From positions 57,548 to 77,547 of IMG/VR virus record IMGVR_UViG_2606217110_000013: 20,000 bases of DNA, one strand, 5' to 3'. Shown here piece by piece: positions 1-5,747 of the stretch (positions are counted from its first letter, which is position 1; every line of letters begins with the position of its first letter). Position numbers and translations under genes: made by a program. Under the pieces are notes generated by a model. That model was given only the letters and a program-made list of their open reading frames with translations, did not search any database and was not told the DNA's origin. Source of the stretch: an uncultured virus (IMG/VR IMGVR_UViG_2606217110_000013). Its lineage: Duplodnaviria; Heunggongvirae; Uroviricota; Caudoviricetes.

Positions 1-9
1 GAAGAGGCT

Positions 10-237
10 ATGTCGTCACGACTGAAAGTTATTAATTATTACCCCACCTCTGCAGAACGTTTGAGCCTTGAAATGGGCGAAAGACTACAGAAAGCTGCTG
101 GTCAGGATTTAAAGAACAAGTTGGGTTCAGGGGAAATTAAACTGATTAACGGTAAATATGTAGGTGAAAGCCTGAAAGTTAATAGCACCTCTATGCTAAA
201 AGCGCGGTTGCGTAAAGCGTATATCCCCGCTAAATGA
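10..237 (+). CDS. Hypothetical small basic protein (75 aa)
   Basis: ORF with GAGG RBS just upstream of the ATG and a terminator hairpin at its stop; no recognisable motif. Confidence 0.6.
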   Translation: MSSRLKVINYYPTSAERLSLEMGERLQKAAGQDLKNKLGSGEIKLINGKYVGESLKVNSTSMLKARLRKAYIPAK

Positions 238-263
238 AAAGGCCTATATGGGCCTTTTCATTT
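232..263. terminator. Bidirectional intrinsic terminator
   Basis: Perfect 13-bp inverted repeat AAATGAAAAGGCC-tatatg-GGCCTTTTCATTT between two convergent genes, with T-rich tails on both strands. Confidence 0.85.
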
Positions 264-509
264 TTATAGTGTACTCACCAGCGCCGCAAATTCCGTATAC
301 CCCCCAATATGCTCTCCATGTATGAATATCTGAGGTATGGTATCCACTGGTTTACCAACCAGGTTGCTCAACGTTTCTTTGTTGATCCCCGCAGATGTAA
401 TATCTATATACTCATAATCACCGTAGCCATGTCCCTTTAGTTGCTTCGCCAACTCGACCGCACGTTTGCAGTATGAGCAGTTATCTCGTCCGTAGATAGT
501 GATCGTCAT
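264..509 (-). CDS. grxA: Glutaredoxin (GrxA-like), probably the electron donor for a phage ribonucleotide reductase
   Basis: CSYC dithiol, TIPQIF cis-Pro motif, HIGGYTEF motif, 81 aa. Confidence 0.92.
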   Translation of the reverse strand: MTITIYGRDNCSYCKRAVELAKQLKGHGYGDYEYIDITSAGINKETLSNLVGKPVDTIPQIFIHGEHIGGYTEFAALVSTL

Positions 510-576
510 AACTTAACAAATACCTTTATAAATATTGATTCGAACATATCAGACTATACTACAAACAGATTTTTTT

Positions 577-598
577 GATAAGTATGTAGTAACTTATT
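577..598. promoter_or_regulatory. 22-bp operator-like motif, copy 1 (overlaps -35 of a putative grxA promoter TTATCA-17-TATAGT on minus)
   Basis: GATAAGTATGTAGTAACTTATT, matches consensus GATAAGTA-N6-TACTTATC found six times in the window. Confidence 0.6.
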
Positions 599-615
599 GA
601 TTGACTAGTAAACAA

Positions 616-644
616 TTGAAGTGATTACGACAATAGATTACAGT
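616..644 (+). promoter_or_regulatory. Putative sigma70 promoter of the HEPN gene
   Basis: TTGAAG (616-621), 17 bp, TACAGT (639-644); AGAGG RBS before ATG 683. Confidence 0.5.
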
Positions 645-682
645 AAGGATTGCCTTGAAATGTACATTTTATAGAGGTTTTA

Positions 683-1591
683 ATGATTGGTAAGTTGTCT
701 GATTCTTTGATTGAAAATAAATACAACGAATTTAGAGAAGAAATATCTTTACTTTTTGACTATTTAAATCAGATAAATGATACAACAAAGAAAAATATAA
801 AACGTCTTCTTAAAGAAGTGGAGTATGCACAAAATCCAGATACTATTATTAATATTAATGAAACTATTAAGATTAAGTGTGGCACAACGTTAGCTCGCCA
901 TTTATGTTCAAACCCATATACAGGTTCAACATTAGAGATAGGTAACAGCGCCATTGATTTAGAAGAAAAGATAAGATTGTGTAATACTTTGAAAAATAAA
1001 CAATATCAGTGGGTTATTACTGAAGCCTATGAGTTACTGGAAGACTATATTGAGGCAATATATGTCTATACTGTATGTGTTCGAAATGATTTATGGTCCT
1101 CAAGTGATTTTGGTAAGGTTGAAGATGATGAAATTGGGAAAAGGGAAGTTTATTACAGATTATTAAAAGCAAAAAGTAACCCATCGAAAAAAATAACTAA
1201 AATTTTCAGAAATAAAATACCTGGCTTCAAAGAGATAGAAACAAACAACAAGATTGGCAAAAACTATCGCTTTAACATCAAGCTAATTGAACTACTAAGA
1301 CATACAATAGTACACAATAGTGGACGATTCAATGATACAGAAAAATTTATAAATAAGGTTTTAGATGAATCTGAAATAAACGGTAAGAAAAGAGTTATTG
1401 GAGAAAGAGCTGTTAGAAGTTACATTACTAAAGTGCAAGAAGATGATATTGTGATGCTCTTAGAAAGACCATCTGAAATTTTAGGTTCTTTTGGTGGGTA
1501 TTTTAACAGAGCAAAATTTTTACTAAGTGATATTTTAGAATACTCACTAATCATTAAAGAAGAACTAAAATCATATCTAGGCAATCATTAA
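683..1591 (+). CDS. Putative HEPN-domain RNase (302 aa), AT-rich accessory gene, candidate defence/toxin protein
   Basis: RxxxxH motif R206-HTIV-H211 (LLRHTIVHNSG) plus an upstream acidic helix EAYELLEDYI; much more AT-rich than the backbone and in opposite orientation. Confidence 0.65.
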   Translation: MIGKLSDSLIENKYNEFREEISLLFDYLNQINDTTKKNIKRLLKEVEYAQNPDTIININETIKIKCGTTLARHLCSNPYTGSTLEIGNSAIDLEEKIRLCNTLKNKQYQWVITEAYELLEDYIEAIYVYTVCVRNDLWSSSDFGKVEDDEIGKREVYYRLLKAKSNPSKKITKIFRNKIPGFKEIETNNKIGKNYRFNIKLIELLRHTIVHNSGRFNDTEKFINKVLDESEINGKKRVIGERAVRSYITKVQEDDIVMLLERPSEILGSFGGYFNRAKFLLSDILEYSLIIKEELKSYLGNH

Positions 1592-1592
1592 C

Positions 1593-1615
1593 AAAAAAGG
1601 GGCCGAAGCCCCTTT
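1593..1615 (-). terminator. Intrinsic terminator of the tRNA/ncRNA operon (possibly bidirectional)
   Basis: Minus strand AAAGGGGC-TTCG-GCCCC-TTTTTT: GC stem, C(UUCG)G tetraloop, U6 tail. Confidence 0.9.
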
Positions 1616-1689
1616 GGATTTTGCGCTTAAAAAAGTGTTGCTAGGATGTTAGCAAGCTATGGTTAAGAACGTCTGCCGTAATTGTCTAT

Positions 1690-1767
1690 CACAGCGTTGA
1701 GCGGTCTGGTTTATGTTAGCGGAGTCTTAATCTGGGTGATTAAAAGGCCAAACCGCTCAACGCTGTG
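1690..1767 (-). ncRNA. c4-antisense-like long-stem RNA A
   Basis: 20-bp terminal stem CACAGCGTTGAGCGGTTTGG/CCAGACCGCTCAACGCTGTG whose single imperfection is a G-U pair on minus; inner hairpin TTTTAATC-ACCCA-GATTAAGA; starts 2 nt after the tRNA-Ser CCA. Confidence 0.65.
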
Positions 1768-1769
1768 TC

Positions 1770-1856
1770 TGGCGGAGAGTAATGGAATCGAACCATCATC
1801 GCTTGCGCAATGGGACGGTTTTCAAGACCGCTTGAGCACCATGCTCCCTACTCTCC
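1770..1856 (-). tRNA. tRNA-Ser(UGA), non-canonical 8/4 cloverleaf
   Basis: GGAGAGTA/TACTCTCC acceptor, GCGGT-CTTGAAA-ACCGT anticodon arm, long variable arm with GCAA loop, ATGG-TTCGATT-CCAT T arm, discriminator G, encoded CCA. Confidence 0.9.
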
Positions 1857-1858
1857 GG

Positions 1859-2008
1859 CCGTTGTGGTGGCCGGTACTGAATCTCCGGCATACGGTGCAG
1901 CCAATTAGGACTACGGACGATCACCGCTCGCGAAAGGGAAGATTTGCGGCCGCATTTCCCTAACATCCAAGAAAGCTATCGCATCAGTCTGCGAATCCAC
2001 CACAACGG
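1859..2008 (-). ncRNA. tRNA-mimic structured RNA with potential loop-loop pseudoknot
   Basis: 12-bp closing stem CCGTTGTGGTGG/CCACCACAACGG, D-like hairpin CGCA-GACTGA-TGCG, T-like hairpin GCCGG-AGATTCAGTA-CCGGC, two internal stems, no anticodon arm. Confidence 0.6.
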
Positions 2009-2078
2009 TAAGATCACTACCTTTCGACCAGTCATTGTGCACATGAACGACGATTAACCGTAATGATCTTATCGTTGT
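2002..2078 (-). ncRNA. c4-antisense-like long-stem RNA B
   Basis: 19-bp stem ACAACGATAAGATCATTAC/GTAGTGATCTTACCGTTGT (one A-C, one G-U), inner stem GTCGTT/AATGAC; starts 2 nt after the tRNA-Thr CCA. Confidence 0.65.
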
Positions 2079-2080
2079 AT

Positions 2081-2156
2081 TGGTGCCGGTTAGCGGACTC
2101 GAACCGCTGACATCCTGCTTACAAGGCAGGCGCTCTACCAACTGAGCTAAACCGGC
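2081..2156 (-). tRNA. tRNA-Thr(UGU)
   Basis: GCCGGTTTAGCTCAGTTGGTAGAGC...CCTGC-CTTGTAA-GCAGG...GGTTCGAGTCC...ACCA; canonical 76-nt cloverleaf. Confidence 0.97.
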
Positions 2157-2160
2157 AATT

Positions 2161-2247
2161 TGGTGGGGAGTGATGGAGTCGAACCACCCGAGTCGCAATG
2201 ACAGTAGATTTACAGTCTACCCCGCTGCCCCTACGGACTAACTCCCC
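2161..2247 (-). tRNA. tRNA-Tyr(GUA)
   Basis: GGGGAGT/ACTCCCC acceptor, GTAGA-CTGTAAA-TCTAC anticodon arm, class II variable arm, GGTTCGACTCC, ACCA end. Confidence 0.95.
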
Positions 2248-2252
2248 TAAAT

Positions 2253-2327
2253 TGGCGATGGTGGGTGGATTCGAACCACCGACCAGTTGGTTAACAGCCA
2301 ACTGCTCTACCGCTGAGCTACACCATC
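2253..2327 (-). tRNA. tRNA-Asn(GUU)
   Basis: GATGGTG/CACCATC acceptor, GTTGG-CTGTTAA-CCAAC anticodon arm, GGTTCGAATCC, GCCA end. Confidence 0.97.
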
Positions 2328-2535
2328 AATTCAGCACTGCCAGTATTTATTACTCAACAGTGCCAATCGCGACGGTTTAGTTTCTGCCAGGAAACGCACC
2401 GCTACTTGCACTTTTCGTTTGTGCCAGACGCTTTCGACTTCGCTCAATAGTAGAAGGCAAAATCTTTAAGTAGATGATGTTTCTGAGGACAGCACCTACT
2501 TTGTAATTTATACAATGTGATGTATGGAATCATTT

Positions 2536-2599
2536 GTTGTGAAAACAGGCACCAATGGCAACAGTGGTTAAACCTACACAACAATCCTGTCTTCACAAC
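2536..2599 (-). ncRNA. Long-stem RNA C, sharing its GTTGTG arm with RNA D
   Basis: 14-bp stem GTTGTGAAGACAGG/CCTGTTTTCACAAC whose single imperfection is a G-U pair on minus. Confidence 0.5.
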
Positions 2600-2715
2600 G
2601 TTGAGGCCACTACTCCGATTGAATGTTTGCCCAACATGTTACATATCAACGCTCGCCGGTATCTCTGTGAATAGAACCTTAGAATTGATAAAAATGTAAT
2701 GGCCTCAACGTTGTG
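2594..2715 (-). ncRNA. c4-antisense-like long-stem RNA D
   Basis: 20-bp stem CACAACGTTGAGGCCATTAC/GTAGTGGCCTCAACGTTGTG (one G-U on minus) enclosing 82 nt; preceded by T-arm-like hairpin GCTGG-N9-CCAGC. Confidence 0.65.
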
Positions 2716-2793
2716 TGCTGGCTAACCATACCAGCCGGGCTACGTCGCCGCTTTTTAACCCAGTATAAACGACATAATTGAACAAAATGACGT

Positions 2794-2868
2794 AACAGGA
2801 TGGGCGGTCAGTGGCTAAGAATCCGGGAGTCATATGGAGTTGAAAATATACCAACCGCCCATTCTGTT
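2794..2868 (-). ncRNA. c4-antisense-like long-stem RNA E
   Basis: Stem AACAGAATGGGCGGTTGGT/ACTGACCGCCCATCCTGTT (one A-C near the base, two G-U on minus) enclosing 37 nt. Confidence 0.6.
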
Positions 2869-3033
2869 CCCTCCTGCGTTCTGCAATCACACTCGCTCAG
2901 TGTGTCCCATTTCGGTAACGAGGCTGGAAACTGACCTCGCTGGTGTTTGGCTTATTAGGCTACTGCCAGATAGACTTCTTCGTTTGCACTTGTATTTAAG
3001 TTCAAACAGTCGCGTCTCAACGAAAACAAAGTC

Positions 3034-3070
3034 ATCTTATACATAAAAGATAAGTAAGTAAATACTTATC
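3034..3070 (-). promoter_or_regulatory. Putative promoter of the RNA operon overlapped by 22-bp motif copy 2
   Basis: Minus TTTACT (3062-3057), 17 bp, TAAGAT (3039-3034); perfect palindrome GATAAGTA-agtaaa-TACTTATC at 3049-3070. Confidence 0.6.
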
Positions 3071-3079
3071 AATATGTTT

Positions 3080-3370
3080 TTATTCGGTTGTGACTTTTTT
3101 GATCAAGGCCACTCTACGACTAGGTGTTCTTGTAATGGTGGCAGTGAATCGTTTCGCTTGGATAGTAATGGTTTCGTTCTCCTTAAGTTGCCCGTAGCGA
3201 GTTTCCACCAGGGTGCCAAGACGCCACAGACCATCATCGATACGTTTATGACTAGCAAATTTAATCAGCAACAGTTTTACGACTAACTGACCTACGTAAA
3301 AGGCGAATGCGACTCCGGCCGCTAAGAAATAGGTGGCCAACCACCATTCCCAAGAAGTTAAATTGCTCAT
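3080..3370 (-). CDS. Hypothetical membrane protein (96 aa)
   Basis: N-terminal hydrophobic segment WWLATYFLAAGVAFAFYVGQLVVKLLLI; ATGA overlap with upstream ORF. Confidence 0.75.
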   Translation of the reverse strand: MSNLTSWEWWLATYFLAAGVAFAFYVGQLVVKLLLIKFASHKRIDDGLWRLGTLVETRYGQLKENETITIQAKRFTATITRTPSRRVALIKKVTTE

Positions 3371-3519
3371 TTTTTCACCTTTGTTTCATGAACTACCCGA
3401 TACACACGCTTTCCGATGCACAGTGTTTTGGTTTTAAGTTCCTGCTTAATTAAATCACGACAGATGCCGAAGCCGATAAGGAAGCCACCCATAAAAGCTA
3501 ATGAGATGTATGGAATCAT
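3367..3519 (-). CDS. Small membrane protein (50 aa, below ORF-track cutoff)
   Basis: Hand-translated MIPYISLAFMGGFLIGFGICRDLIKQELKTKTLCIGKRVYRVVHETKVKK; ATGA overlaps at both ends. Confidence 0.75.
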   Translation of the reverse strand: MIPYISLAFMGGFLIGFGICRDLIKQELKTKTLCIGKRVYRVVHETKVKK

Positions 3520-3731
3520 TTTAACACTCCTGATTCTACTAATTGCTGTAGCAATACTTTCCCTTTATCAGTTAACTGGTAGTTGGCCGAACACCACGTT
3601 TCAGAAACGTTTGCAACCAACCCTAAACGCTCTAACTTAGCTCGCGTTTTAGGCTTCCAGTACTCAGGGAACTCCGGCCACTTACTGATTTCATGAAGCG
3701 TTTCCTTCTCCCGTTTACTTAATACGATCAT
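3516..3731 (-). CDS. Hypothetical protein, winged-helix-like (71 aa)
   Basis: LSKREKETL...LERLGLV...YQLTDKGKVLL resembles wHTH wing pattern; GGAG upstream of start. Confidence 0.7.
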   Translation of the reverse strand: MIVLSKREKETLHEISKWPEFPEYWKPKTRAKLERLGLVANVSETWCSANYQLTDKGKVLLQQLVESGVLK

Positions 3732-3894
3732 CCTTAATCTCCTTCAGGGTGTTGGTTATTTCTACAATGCGATAAATACGACCGCGTCTTTCTATAACAC
3801 CGCTTTTAATGTAGTCATTGATGCAACTGGACATCACCACAATACCTATGAAAAAACCAACTGCTAAAAATGCAATCATCCAGCCGAGCATCAT
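3715..3894 (-). CDS. Small membrane protein (59 aa, below ORF-track cutoff)
   Basis: Hand-translated MMLGWMIAFLAVGFFIGIVVMSSCINDYIKSGVIERRGRIYRIVEITNTLKEIKDDRIK; ATGA overlap with ligase stop. Confidence 0.75.
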   Translation of the reverse strand: MMLGWMIAFLAVGFFIGIVVMSSCINDYIKSGVIERRGRIYRIVEITNTLKEIKDDRIK

Positions 3895-5213
3895 TCTTTA
3901 TCTCCGATTCGATCTTCTGTATCGCGTAAGCAACGCGGCCATTTCAGTCGGGGGTGGCGTAAGCTGCCATCCGGTGTTTTCTCGTGACAATGAACCTCAA
4001 CAATACGACCACGGTACTTCTCTTTGTTGTTCCAGATCTCGTCCAGATATTTATGCTTAATACCGCTCGCACGAACGATGACGCCGTTTTCAAGACGAAT
4101 AACAATTTTTCCAAGTGTGTTGGCAAAACCAGAGTCCGGGTCGCCCGGCTCAAAGTCGATAATTTCACCATCTTCTGAATCTTCGTCTTTTAACTTCCAC
4201 CAGCTGCGGGTACGTTTAAACTCGTAAACAGAGTTCGGATCTTTGCCCATCTCCCCTTCTTCGTTATCGTCCAGGCGTTTCATGAAGCGTTCGATGAAGT
4301 CTTCGTGGCTATGGATGATATAGAACGGATGCAGGTGAATATCTTGTGTGTAGCCTTCACTGCGATCGTTTTTGAACAACGCCACCAGCATAGCCAGGCG
4401 CTCTTTCAGCTTCATACCTGTCTTTGCATACTCTTTGGATTTAGCCTGTGCTCGCCATTCCGGTAGGAAGAAGTCGAAAACATGATAAATAGCGCCAATT
4501 GCCTGCACGTTCTTTTTGCGCAATGCAGATACGGACTGGTTAAATGAACCGGCAGTTCCTTCACCATCGAAGAAGATGTGTTTGTGGCCTGAAAGTTTGC
4601 CTAATTCGAGCATGGCTGGCTTTAGGTGATCGAGAGACGTGATTGGATTACCAGTACGAGAAAGGAAGTTAACCTCTTCCTCGTCAACAATAACCTCGCA
4701 AATTACTCGCAAACCATCGAGCTTAAGACTGCCAATCATTGGCCATTTTGCTTTAGGATTTGGCTTGAAGGGGTATTTGTCGCCTTTTTCTTTATACGGT
4801 GACGCCAGCTGCACCTCGAATTTCGGAATGGGATTTTCAAAAACCTTGTTGCATAGGCTAATCCCAACGCCAGCTTTCGGGTCTTTTAAGAGGAAACGAC
4901 GGAACACGTCCTGCCCATCGGCGCACATTGACGCCACGATAGACTCAACAGCTGCTATTGCTGCGTTCCCCGTTAGCTCGCGAGAGGCCAGCTTGTTCAG
5001 TACATCAATGGCTTTTTCGTCACTTGGGATGGACTCACTAAGCGGCTCTGCCACTTTGTATTTCTTTACCCCAAAACGGATGAAAGGGTTGAGCATCAAT
5101 GAAACCATGCTTTGCTCGAAGTCATCCATGTTGGCCAATGCCTCTTTTTTTGCATTGGTTCCCATAGCTTTCATTTCGTCCAGCTTATGCTTAAGTGCGA
5201 TCAACTTTTTCAT
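3891..5213 (-). CDS. lig: ATP-dependent DNA ligase
   Basis: Motif I KLDGLR, III FFDGE, IIIa YHVFD, IV EGEMGKD, V WWKLK, VI LRHPR; GGAGG RBS. Confidence 0.95.
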   Translation of the reverse strand: MKKLIALKHKLDEMKAMGTNAKKEALANMDDFEQSMVSLMLNPFIRFGVKKYKVAEPLSESIPSDEKAIDVLNKLASRELTGNAAIAAVESIVASMCADGQDVFRRFLLKDPKAGVGISLCNKVFENPIPKFEVQLASPYKEKGDKYPFKPNPKAKWPMIGSLKLDGLRVICEVIVDEEEVNFLSRTGNPITSLDHLKPAMLELGKLSGHKHIFFDGEGTAGSFNQSVSALRKKNVQAIGAIYHVFDFFLPEWRAQAKSKEYAKTGMKLKERLAMLVALFKNDRSEGYTQDIHLHPFYIIHSHEDFIERFMKRLDDNEEGEMGKDPNSVYEFKRTRSWWKLKDEDSEDGEIIDFEPGDPDSGFANTLGKIVIRLENGVIVRASGIKHKYLDEIWNNKEKYRGRIVEVHCHEKTPDGSLRHPRLKWPRCLRDTEDRIGDKE

Positions 5214-5692
5214 TGTTGTTTTACCTCCATATGTTGATCGATTTGCTCATGTGTTTCTTTTGTTGTTTCTTCAAGCAACGCCGCATACACGTCAGTGATC
5301 GCTGTTTGTGATGTGGTGCTCTTCTTAACCATGCTATTAATCGTTACACTGTCACGTTTTCGTTTTAAAGTTCTGGCTTGTTTATTCCGTTCTTCAACCT
5401 CCTTAATGAGCGCGGTCATATCTTCGAAATACAGAGATTCTCCTTTACGAATCTCTTCAACCATCATTTTTAACGCCTTGCATTTGCCTGCTTTGATAGC
5501 GGTTGCGCACGACTGGAATGAAGTTCGAGGAAGACGGTTTTCTTTGAAGGCAAGAATGGTGTGCTGGCAAACGGAGTAGCTGCAATATGCCGACTCACCG
5601 TTTATCTTTACTTCCTCACAACGAAGTGAATAACCATTATTTCCTGAAATAGAGGGGATTTTTGACAAATCAGCTTTCACAATTACCGCCAA
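5210..5692 (-). CDS. Hypothetical Cys-rich protein (start uncertain: TTG 5692 or GTG 5680)
   Basis: Long ORF coupled to ligase by ATGA overlap; five Cys in the N-terminal half suggest metal binding. Confidence 0.75.
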   Translation of the reverse strand: MAVIVKADLSKIPSISGNNGYSLRCEEVKINGESAYCSYSVCQHTILAFKENRLPRTSFQSCATAIKAGKCKALKMMVEEIRKGESLYFEDMTALIKEVEERNKQARTLKRKRDSVTINSMVKKSTTSQTAITDVYAALLEETTKETHEQIDQHMEVKQQ

Positions 5693-5693
5693 A

Positions 5694-5715
5694 AATAATC
5701 TTGTGCTTACCTATC
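5694..5715. promoter_or_regulatory. 22-bp motif copy 3 (degenerate left half)
   Basis: AATAATCTTGTGCTTACCTATC directly upstream of the ligase operon. Confidence 0.45.
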
Positions 5716-5747
5716 ATTATTTGCGTAAAAAACGACACACTGAGAGC

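Noticed and set aside
1770..1856. tRNA-Sec (selC) or opal suppressor
   Set aside because: The anticodon reads UGA (decodes UCA, Ser), not UCA.
1859..2008. Y RNA (YrlA) or tmRNA
   Set aside because: Arm order is D-like then T-like rather than the YrlA permutation, no Ro gene in the window, too short for tmRNA and no tag ORF.
1690..2868. CRISPR array interpretation of the repeated CACAACG/CGTTGTG units
   Set aside because: Units are inverted-repeat stems of differing sequence with irregular spacing, not identical direct repeats; no cas genes.
1682..3046. ORF-track entries over the RNA operon (1682..1963, 1911..2198, 2119..2301, 2198..2380, 2517..2699, 2705..2890, 2834..3046)
   Set aside because: They overlap clear tRNAs or long RNA stems and have no protein-like features; 2834..3046 has an RBS but runs antisense through structured RNA, so it is kept only as an alternative in a finding.
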